Below, piece after piece: positions 6,877-13,542 of a DNA stretch of 13,542 nt. The notes under the pieces were generated by a model, which saw only the letters and a list, made by a program, of their open reading frames with translations, had not been told where the DNA came from and made no database searches. The stretch comes from an uncultured bacterium. GTDB lineage: Bacteria > Hydrogenedentota > Hydrogenedentia > Hydrogenedentales > JAEUWI01. Positions within the stretch are counted from its first letter, which is position 1. Each line of letters begins with the position of its first letter. The stretch is taken from assembly GCA_963977445.1 (NCBI GenBank), contig CAXBPH010000192.1:1-13542 (forward strand). Reading direction: 5' to 3'. Both the position numbers and the translations under genes were made by a program.

Positions 6877-6892
6877 AGCAAGAAGCGTACCC
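6877..6892 (-). promoter_or_regulatory. Putative sigma54 -24/-12 promoter for the 73-aa ORF
   Basis: The minus strand reads GGGTACGCTTCTTGCT: GG-N10-GC with ACG-N4-TTGCT matching consensus, ~70 nt upstream of the ATG at 6804. Confidence 0.5.
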
Positions 6893-7656
6893 GGTCGAAC
6901 ACACGGAGCGTGGGCATTGTTAGATGCTGTTGTACCAGCAAATCGCCTGCGGCTGACGTGCACTTGTGCAAACCACAAAATATTTCGCCAGGCTGCTAAG
7001 TGGTCAGAAACGAAAGAGGTCGTGTACAGGAACTTTCTTGCAGGCTACGCCTTCGACATTACGCCAGGCATATTGGCATTGAAAACCGGGGGCTTGCCGA
7101 AACTATAAGGGTCGCACGGTTCCCTCTTTGCCAGAATGTTTGAGACGGCCTCCTTGTAAGAATTAGTGTCGAGGGCGAGGAGCCAATAGATGGCCAATAA
7201 TCGTATATCAGGGAAATATACCGGGGAGTGACGCCAAAACGCGGTGCCGCTCCGGACAGAGTCGGTACCGGGACCGGAAGTGCCCGCAGTGCCCCAACCG
7301 CGACGTTTCTCGGCGGATTACAAAGCTGGTATCGTCCAAGAGGCCGACGCGTGCCGTGAAAAGGGAGAGCCACCTGCGTTCCCCGCAGGAGAAAACATTT
7401 CATTCACAAGGCGACAATAGGTAAAGTCCACACCAGAGACGCCTTGACGGACCGATGTTACGAGTATCTCAAGCTGCCTCGCCCTTTCAGCGCCATTCCT
7501 GGGGCATGCCGATGTCTATCTCCTCATTCGTGATTCCGGCCCCTTTTCCACCACCCCACAAACACCCGACACAAGCTTGCGTTTCCCGCACCAAAACCCC
7601 ACACTAAAGCTATGCTTCGGGGGAGGCTTGGCTGCTCCGAAGGCAAAGGAGAGACC

Positions 7657-8793
7657 ATGTTTCGAATTTATGCTGCTTTGTTGATAGCGACCCTCGCCAT
7701 CAGCCCACTCGCCCACGCCAGTTGGATACCCACCTCCAACGTCAACGTCTGGAACGAGGCCACGGAATTAGCGGGACCGAAAATCGTTATTGAATACGAT
7801 CTGGAAGCCCCGGACCTCAGTCCGGCGGCCCCCGCCTATGTCTTCCTCCACTACCGCATGGGCAGCACCGAAAGCTGGACCCTCCTCGAGGCCGATTCCC
7901 TCGGCGGCAATGGCGCGGGCATGGTGGAAGAAGCCGGCCATAAGAAAGTCATCTGGTGGGGTGCGAGCCAGAATGTGCACCAGGAGGTGGACGCCCTCGA
8001 AGTTCAAGTGCGCGCCCTCCCCATGGTCGCCGTCCCCGGCGGGGAATTCAAACTCCGTAGTCTCCCCGGTCAAGGTCGGGACCAATCCGGTCGCCACACG
8101 ACGTCCCGCTCCACCCTCCCCACCTACTATCTGGCGAAGTACGAAACGACCACCGCCATGTATGCCGACTATCTCAATGCCGTGGGCGACGATGGCACGG
8201 GCTACCACGAGAAAATGGCGAATGAAAAACGCTGTGGCATCCTCCGCGGGGAAAACGGCACCTATACGGTGGCACCCGGCCGGGAAAATTATCCTGTCTC
8301 CTATGTCTCCTGGTACGACGCGGTGGGTTTCCTTCGTTGGTGTGGCTTGCGCCTGCCCACCGAATCGGAATGGGAAAAAGCGACCTGCGGCGGACTCTTC
8401 CTGGATGGCGACGAAGCAAAAGCCGTCCCCAATCCCATGCCCGAACGGCGCTATCCCTGGGGCGATGAGGTGCCCAATGCGGAGGGCGCCTTTCGCTGCA
8501 ATTTTGACGGCGAGGAAGATGGCTACCCCAATGTGGCGCCCGTGGGCAGTTTCGCGAAGTTCAACAGCCCCTATGGCGCCTGTGATCTGGCGGGTAACGT
8601 CAATGAGTGGACAATCGACTGGTACACCACCCAACACCATGCCGGACTGGATGGCTACCGCGTAACCCGGGGTGGCTCGTGGCTGGATGTGCCCGAAGGG
8701 TGCGACGGCGTATCGGGTGCTACCCTGTTGCCCTACAAAGAGAGCTCTATCATGGGTTTTCGTGGCGTGAGCGGCCCGCCCGCGCTGCCCTGA
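7657..8793 (+). CDS. Exported formylglycine-generating-enzyme (FGE-sulfatase/SUMF1) domain protein with N-terminal beta-rich domain, 378 aa
   Basis: RBS AAGGAG before ATG 7657. Signal peptide ending AHA|S. FGE-fold motifs KYETT, PVSYVSWYDA, RLPTESEWEKA, RYPWG, PVGSF, DLAGNVNEW, RGGSW and GFR. Lacks the Cys pair of catalytic FGE, so probably a non-catalytic family member. Confidence 0.88.
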   Translation: MFRIYAALLIATLAISPLAHASWIPTSNVNVWNEATELAGPKIVIEYDLEAPDLSPAAPAYVFLHYRMGSTESWTLLEADSLGGNGAGMVEEAGHKKVIWWGASQNVHQEVDALEVQVRALPMVAVPGGEFKLRSLPGQGRDQSGRHTTSRSTLPTYYLAKYETTTAMYADYLNAVGDDGTGYHEKMANEKRCGILRGENGTYTVAPGRENYPVSYVSWYDAVGFLRWCGLRLPTESEWEKATCGGLFLDGDEAKAVPNPMPERRYPWGDEVPNAEGAFRCNFDGEEDGYPNVAPVGSFAKFNSPYGACDLAGNVNEWTIDWYTTQHHAGLDGYRVTRGGSWLDVPEGCDGVSGATLLPYKESSIMGFRGVSGPPALP

Positions 8794-8851
8794 ACGAAAA
8801 ACAACCCTTTGCCGCTTCCTGCTGCAGAGGCAACGATTGGAGGATCAGGTA

Positions 8852-10201
8852 ATGAGTACGCTGAAACGCAGAAGTTTTCTAAAGAGTTCACTCGGCGCCG
8901 CCGCCACGCTGGCCGCACTTCAAGCCGGGGCGGGCGTCTCCGCCAACGACAAGATCATCGTGGGCGTCATGGGCCTCGGTGGCCGGGGCAAGGCCCTCCT
9001 CGCCAGCCTGGCAAAACGGAGCGACGTCCACATCAAGTACCTGTGTGACTGCGACACCCGCATGGCCGGTGCGGCGACGGAAATCGTCATGGAGGGCCTC
9101 GACGAAAAGCCCACCTTCGTACAGGATTTCCGCACCATCCTCGACGACCCGGAAGTCCACGCCCTCATTTGTTCCACCTCCGACCGGTGGCACGCCCTCG
9201 CCACCATCATGGCCTGTCAGGCCGGTAAGGATGTGTACGTCGAAAAACCCCAGTCCATGAGCGTCTGGGACGGCCAGCAAATGATTGCTGCCTCCCGAAA
9301 ATATGAACGCATCGTCCAGGTGGGCATGCAGACCCGCAGCGCGCCCTATGTCCAATCCGCCATGAACTACATCCAGAGCGGCAAGCTCGGCGATGTCATG
9401 CTGGCCCGCGTTTACCTCATGCAGGCCGGTGGCCCCGACCCCACCGCCGACGAACAACCCATCCCCGATGGCCTGGACTACGACCTGTGGTGCGGGCCCT
9501 CTCCCATGCTGCCCTATCGGCCCGGCCTTTGGTTTCAAAAACATTGGGACTTCTACAATGGTGCCTTGACAGGCGACTTAATCCATCAGGTGGATATCGC
9601 CCGACTCCTCATTGGAAAAAAAGCGCCCAACTCCGTGTTCAGCGCGGGCGGCGTTTACCGTTTCGACGATGGCCGCGAACAGCCCGACACCCAGTTCTCC
9701 ACCTTCGAGTTCGACAAGGTGACCATGATGATGGAGGGCGGTTTCTGGTGTCCCTACAACCACCGCATCGTCCACCTGCCCGACAAGAGCAAGTTTCCCG
9801 ACTGGCAATTCAGCGCCACCAAAATAGAAGTCCTCGGCACCCAGGGCATCATGTATTTCGGCCGTCACGGCGGCGGCTGGGAAGTCTTCGAAGGGGACGG
9901 CAAGACGCGCTCCTCCAAGGCCGTCGCTTCAGAGCTCTCCGAATACAAATGGGGCGGCATCATCGACCTTCACTTCGATGATTTCTTCAAATGCATCCGC
10001 GACCGCTCCACCCCCAAGACCGACGTGGCCGACGGACACCATTCCATGAACCTCTGCCACCTCGCCAATATCTCCAACCGCCTGGGCAACCAGAAACTGC
10101 GGTGGGATGGCGAGAAAGAAGAATTCATCGACCACCCGGAAGCCAACCGACTCCTCCGCGCCAAATACCGCGCCCCCTGGGTCATCCCCGAAACAGTCTA
10201 G
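8852..10201 (+). CDS. Tat-signal Gfo/Idh/MocA family oxidoreductase, 449 aa
   Basis: GGAGG at 8839-8843 and ATG 8852. Tat motif KRRSFLK. Rossmann motif GVMGLGGRG. Family motifs DRWH, AGKDVYVEKP, QVGMQTRS, LDYDLWCGP and IHQVD; C-terminal CHLANIS...EANRLL...YRAPW. Confidence 0.93.
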   Translation: MSTLKRRSFLKSSLGAAATLAALQAGAGVSANDKIIVGVMGLGGRGKALLASLAKRSDVHIKYLCDCDTRMAGAATEIVMEGLDEKPTFVQDFRTILDDPEVHALICSTSDRWHALATIMACQAGKDVYVEKPQSMSVWDGQQMIAASRKYERIVQVGMQTRSAPYVQSAMNYIQSGKLGDVMLARVYLMQAGGPDPTADEQPIPDGLDYDLWCGPSPMLPYRPGLWFQKHWDFYNGALTGDLIHQVDIARLLIGKKAPNSVFSAGGVYRFDDGREQPDTQFSTFEFDKVTMMMEGGFWCPYNHRIVHLPDKSKFPDWQFSATKIEVLGTQGIMYFGRHGGGWEVFEGDGKTRSSKAVASELSEYKWGGIIDLHFDDFFKCIRDRSTPKTDVADGHHSMNLCHLANISNRLGNQKLRWDGEKEEFIDHPEANRLLRAKYRAPWVIPETV

Positions 10202-10215
10202 TCTAAAAACACATG

Positions 10216-10251
10216 TGACCCGTCGGTTTTCCGCTGACGGGTCATTTTTTT
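10216..10251 (+). terminator. Rho-independent terminator
   Basis: Stem TGACCCGTCGG / CTGACGGGTCA (11 bp with one G-U), 7-nt loop, followed by T7, starting 14 nt after the stop codon. Confidence 0.9.
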
Positions 10252-10319
10252 GCCTCCGAGGCGGATTTCGACCAGGCCACAAGTGTACCGTCTTGCCTGC
10301 GACCTTTGGAGGGAATACC

Positions 10320-10373
10320 ATGAGGCGAATCGATAATCGCAAGTCATCACCCATGATTGGATCATCACCATGA
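10320..10373 (+). other. Putative 17-aa upstream ORF (MRRIDNRKSSPMIGSSP) coupled to the DUF962 gene
   Basis: GGAGG at 10308-10312 lies 7 nt before ATG 10320. Its TGA overlaps the DUF962 ATG (ATGA 10370-10373), which has no clear SD of its own. Confidence 0.4.
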
Positions 10374-10894
10374 AAAATATCGCCGAACACATGTCCTTCT
10401 ACGAGGCCTATCATAAACACCCCCTCAACAAAGCCACCCACTTTGTGGGGATTCCCATGATTATCTATGGCATCCTGGTTCCCATGAGTGCGTTGGGTGT
10501 GCCCGTCGGAGGCGTTTCCATCACCCTTGCCATGGCCTTCGTGGTGAGCGTCCTGACCTACTACTGCGTACTCGACCGGACATTTGGTATTGCCATGTGT
10601 CTTGTCATCACCCCCATCCTCGCCCTCGCCCATTTTACGGTGCAACAAGGAACGGCCCTATGGATCGCCGTGGCATTGGGGGCCTTTGTCCTTGGATGGG
10701 TATTCCAGTTGTTCGGACACATCGTCTTTGAAAAACGTCGCCCCGCCCTCGCCGACAACCTCTTTCAACTCATCATCGGTCCCCTCTTTCTCTGTGCCGA
10801 GCTATTCTTCATGATGGGCTTTAAGAAGGCACTCCATACACGCGTGTTGGAACTCGCGAAAGGCCATGCCCTGAAGCAGCCGGAAGTGGCGTAG
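10370..10894 (+). CDS. DUF962 / Mpo1-like membrane protein, 174 aa
   Basis: Signature Y..YH..P.N...HFVGIPMI and GWVFQLFGH..FEKRRPAL.DNL.Q.IIGPLF; several TM helices. Confidence 0.88.
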   Translation: MKNIAEHMSFYEAYHKHPLNKATHFVGIPMIIYGILVPMSALGVPVGGVSITLAMAFVVSVLTYYCVLDRTFGIAMCLVITPILALAHFTVQQGTALWIAVALGAFVLGWVFQLFGHIVFEKRRPALADNLFQLIIGPLFLCAELFFMMGFKKALHTRVLELAKGHALKQPEVA

Positions 10895-10924
10895 TGACTG
10901 CAAACACGTATATTTCCGTTCCTC

Positions 10925-10954
10925 ATTCGTGAAAATTCGTGTCCATTCGTGGTT
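10925..10954. repeat. Short 10-bp-period repeat (ATTCGTG x3) between convergent genes
   Basis: ATTCGTG at 10925, 10935 and 10945 (ATTCGTGAAA ATTCGTGTCC ATTCGTGGTT). Confidence 0.75.
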
Positions 10955-11009
10955 CCAGACTGTCGGCACAATCCCTTTACCGCCAGGAGCGGCGAAGGTG
11001 ACCGTCCCG

Positions 11010-12317
11010 CTACCAATACCGCGCCGCCGCACGATAGAGAACCTGCAAATCCTTTTCATCCACGGCGACCGGCGAATTCGAGAGCAGTCGCTGTTGCGCC
11101 CAGGCCCCTTCGGCCAACCCGGGGATGTCCCCCTCCCCGTATCCCAGCGCGCCAATCCCGTTCGGCATGGCTGTGTCACCCATCATCTGGATAACCTGCG
11201 CCGCCAAGACCTCCCCTGCGTCCCCATCCCCCGCACCGGCGACATCCGCACCGAGGAGTTGGGCGATTTCCAGGTGCCGCGCGGGCATGGACGGCGCCGT
11301 AAAACGAACCACCGAGGGCACGTCCACAATCACCGAAATACCGTGGGGACAAATGGGCTCGCCCTGCGGATAGCCGTCAGGACAATAGTCGCGGATCATC
11401 CCCGCCACCGAGTAGGCCATACCATGGGGCAGGTGGACGCCAGAATTCCCGAAGGCGATGCCCGCCAGCGTCGCGGCAAACATCATGCCATGACGGGCTT
11501 CGGTGTCGGTGGCGTCGCGAACCGCACGCACGAGGAATTCCCCGCAACTGCGCAGGGCCTCCCGGCAGCCCACATCGCTCCAGGGATTGGCCCCCTGCCC
11601 CATGGGCCGCAGGTCGGGACGTTCGGGCGCGGGGCGGCGGGTGTAGGGCCGGGCGGTGTAGGACTCCAGCGCGTGGCTGAGCACGTCAAAACCGCTGGCG
11701 GCCACCACATTGGCGGGCAACGTGGCGGTGACCGTAGGGTCGATGAGGGCGAGGGTCGGACGCAGGCGGCGCGAGGCGATGCCCGTCTTCACGTGGCGCT
11801 CCAGCAGGTCGAAAATGGCCATCCCCGTGCATTCGCTGCCCGTGCCCGCCGTGGTGGGACAGGCAATGTGGGGTTTCAGCGGCCCCGGCACAGCACGACC
11901 CTCGCCGATAGGGGCATTCACATAGGCCAGAAACTCCGCCGGGTAGGTGGCGTAAAGGTTGGCCGCCTTACAGGTGTCGATGACCGAACCGCCGCCAACG
12001 GAAACATAGCCATCAAAATTACCATCCGATGCAAAACGGGCTGCCTCCTTAAAAGATTTGTCCGTCGGCTCGACGCGCACGGCGTCATAGACCGCCACGT
12101 CCACACCCGCCTGTTCCAGAGCCGTTCGGACCGTGGCAACACATTCCAACTGCGCCACATCCGCATCGGTAAAGAGGGCTACGCGTTTCAAGCCAAGTTC
12201 ATTGGCCCCGTGCCCGGCTTCCGCCAAGGCTCCCGGCCCAAAACGGATGGCGCTTGGGTCTACAGAAAAGACGTGCTCGTGGCCGTCCATAAATTCATAG
12301 TGATGGCAGCAGGACAT
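11010..12317 (-). CDS. Hydroxyacid-oxoacid transhydrogenase (HOT/ADHFE1-like; iron-containing alcohol dehydrogenase family), 435 aa
   Basis: RBS GGAGAG before the ATG at 12317. Motifs [77 protein letters not shown] and PHGISV are characteristic of the HOT subfamily. Confidence 0.9.
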   Translation of the reverse strand: MSCCHHYEFMDGHEHVFSVDPSAIRFGPGALAEAGHGANELGLKRVALFTDADVAQLECVATVRTALEQAGVDVAVYDAVRVEPTDKSFKEAARFASDGNFDGYVSVGGGSVIDTCKAANLYATYPAEFLAYVNAPIGEGRAVPGPLKPHIACPTTAGTGSECTGMAIFDLLERHVKTGIASRRLRPTLALIDPTVTATLPANVVAASGFDVLSHALESYTARPYTRRPAPERPDLRPMGQGANPWSDVGCREALRSCGEFLVRAVRDATDTEARHGMMFAATLAGIAFGNSGVHLPHGMAYSVAGMIRDYCPDGYPQGEPICPHGISVIVDVPSVVRFTAPSMPARHLEIAQLLGADVAGAGDGDAGEVLAAQVIQMMGDTAMPNGIGALGYGEGDIPGLAEGAWAQQRLLSNSPVAVDEKDLQVLYRAAARYW

Positions 12318-12631
12318 AAAACGCTCTCTCCGATTGGTTGCAGATAACAGGATAACGCAACAGCCATCGAAAGAGATAGTCTTGGCCACCACGTTGGCAG
12401 CGGGCCATAGACGCTCGGTAAGCCGGTAGCTCCATGGGCTTCCATTGGAATCACGACAAGGGTGCCACCTATACGGACGGGAGGCACGAGCGGCCTTATG
12501 GGTGCAAGCGATTGCAGGGCCACCTATCCTTCAGATAGTATGGCGCTCCCTTTGAAATATCCCGGCAGGTTTGGCAGCCACGATGCTTACCAACTCCGCA
12601 TAACAACGCCATCATAAACAGGAACACCAAA

Positions 12632-13276
12632 ATGGAAATGATCCCTGAAGTGGATGAGTACATCGAGAAAAACGAGGCTTGGCAGGAGGAGCTGCGCGCC
12701 TTACGAGCGATTGCTCTGGACTGCCAGCTTGCGGAAACACTGAAATGGCGTGTGCCCTGCTACACGTTTCAGGGGAAAAATGTGATTATGCTCGGCAGAT
12801 TCAAAGAATATTGTGCCCTGAGTTTCATGAAAGGCGCCCTGTTGAAGGACTCCCAAAAGATTCTCGAATTACCCGGCGAGAACACGCGGTCAGGCCGTGT
12901 TATTCGCTTCACCACCGCGCAGAAAATCGCGGAGATGGCCCCCATCTTAACGGCCTATATCGAAGAGGCCGTTGCGGTGGAAATAGCGGGGCTGAAAGTA
13001 GATTTCTCAGAAAACCGAAACCTCGACTATCCGGAAGAACTGCAAGCCAGGCTCGATGAACTCCCCGCCTTGGAAAAAGCCTTTGATGCCCTGACCCCCG
13101 GTCGAAAACGGGCCTACGTGATGCATTTCGCAGCGGCCAAACAATCCACGACCCGGGCGTCACGGGTCGAAAAATTTATGCCGAGAATTCTCGATGGCAA
13201 AGGACTGAATGATTGCACCTGTGGCCATTCCAAGAAGATGCCCCAGTGTGACGGCTCCCACAAGAACTTTCGGTAG
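12632..13276 (+). CDS. YdeI/OmpD-associated family protein (DUF1801 + OmdA-like) with C-terminal CDGSH iron-sulfur motif, 214 aa
   Basis: VDEYI...W.EEL..LR, ETLKWRVPCY, FKEYCALSFMKGALLKD, AFDALTPGRKRAY and AKQSTTR..RVEK..PRILDGKGLND, then CTCGHSKKMPQCDGSH. AGGA upstream; the start may be 12632 or 12638. Confidence 0.88.
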   Translation: MEMIPEVDEYIEKNEAWQEELRALRAIALDCQLAETLKWRVPCYTFQGKNVIMLGRFKEYCALSFMKGALLKDSQKILELPGENTRSGRVIRFTTAQKIAEMAPILTAYIEEAVAVEIAGLKVDFSENRNLDYPEELQARLDELPALEKAFDALTPGRKRAYVMHFAAAKQSTTRASRVEKFMPRILDGKGLNDCTCGHSKKMPQCDGSHKNFR

Positions 13277-13474
13277 GTGATGGTGCCCCCGGGATTGTGA
13301 ACCAAGCGACACGTCTTACCAGGTCGTCTCCGCGCACCTGGCTTGTTGGTTCAGCGTTGTCCGCCCCGAATTACGAAGGCAAAGGGAATTCCGTCATCTC
13401 CCCGCACACGGGGCTGTTGATTTAATGTGCGGAGTACGAATAGACCCTACCAACCTGTATCTAGCGCCCACAAC

Positions 13475-13542
13475 GTCATTCCCGCGCAGGCGGGAATCCA
13501 GTAGGTATGCTCGGTTTCTGTGTTCGCGTTACTGGATCTCCG
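13475..13542. repeat. REP-like extragenic palindrome (GTCATTCCCGCGCAGGCGGGAATCCAG) with the start of an inverted partner, truncated by the window edge
   Basis: ATTCCCGC-GCAG-GCGGGAAT hairpin (ATTCCC-N8-GGGAAT, the same core as Neisseria dRS3). ATCCAGTA (13496-13503) is inverted as TACTGGAT (13530-13537). Confidence 0.75.

Noticed and set aside
6917..7403. ORFs 6917-7108 (+) and 7059-7403 (-)
   Set aside because: No convincing RBS, atypical composition and no recognisable domain.
7521..7533. 13-bp sequence TCCTCATTCGTGA repeated at 10920-10932 (possible att/target duplication)
   Set aside because: A 13-bp match is expected by chance in a window of this size, and no mobility genes lie between the copies.
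7615..7642. Hairpin CTTCGGGG/CTCCGAAG just upstream of the FGE gene RBS as a riboswitch
   Set aside because: It does not sequester the SD and matches no riboswitch consensus I recognise.
8600..8793. FGE-domain C-terminus as a diversity-generating retroelement variable region
   Set aside because: FGE-type folds are known DGR targets, but no template repeat copy or reverse transcriptase is visible in the window.
10929..12347. 472-aa plus-strand ORF
   Set aside because: Antisense shadow of the well-supported transhydrogenase; Arg/Gly/His-rich with no domain motifs.
12572..12587. GG-N10-GC motif TGGCAGCCACGATGCT upstream of the YdeI-like gene
   Set aside because: The spacing is right but the match at the conserved CACG and TTGC positions is poor; likely chance in GC-rich DNA.

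Overview
GC-rich bacterial genomic DNA with two parts; signal peptides, a Tat motif and c-type cytochromes suggest a diderm. The left part (~284-6549, + strand) is a tightly packed six-gene operon behind a sigma54-type (-24/-12) promoter motif. It encodes (1) a secreted Met-rich protein with a 24-bp tandem repeat and a Spy/CpxP/ZraP-like helical domain, (2) a small CBM48/AMPK-like glycogen-binding protein with a Cys/His-rich loop, (3) a membrane-anchored FNR-type FAD/NAD(P)H reductase-[2Fe-2S] protein with an exported His/Met-rich N-terminal domain, (4) a 5-TM protein with two His-x13-His pairs (di-heme b, ferric-reductase-like), (5) a membrane-anchored heptaheme cytochrome c, and (6) a CPA2 cation/H+ antiporter. 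Together these look like a complete split NOX/MsrQ-like transmembrane electron conduit linked to Met-rich periplasmic metal or oxidant sponges. This is the main candidate system; its function is inferred, not shown. A small convergent ORF with its own sigma54-like motif and ~850 bp of unexplained DNA follow. The right part holds ordinary-looking genes: an FGE/SUMF1-domain exported protein, a Tat-exported Gfo/Idh/MocA oxidoreductase with terminator, a DUF962/Mpo1-like protein preceded by a coupled 17-codon uORF, a hydroxyacid-oxoacid transhydrogenase (- strand), and a YdeI/OmpD-associated protein with a C-terminal CDGSH motif. A REP-like palindrome lies at the right edge. No database searches were run; all calls are from motif recognition.
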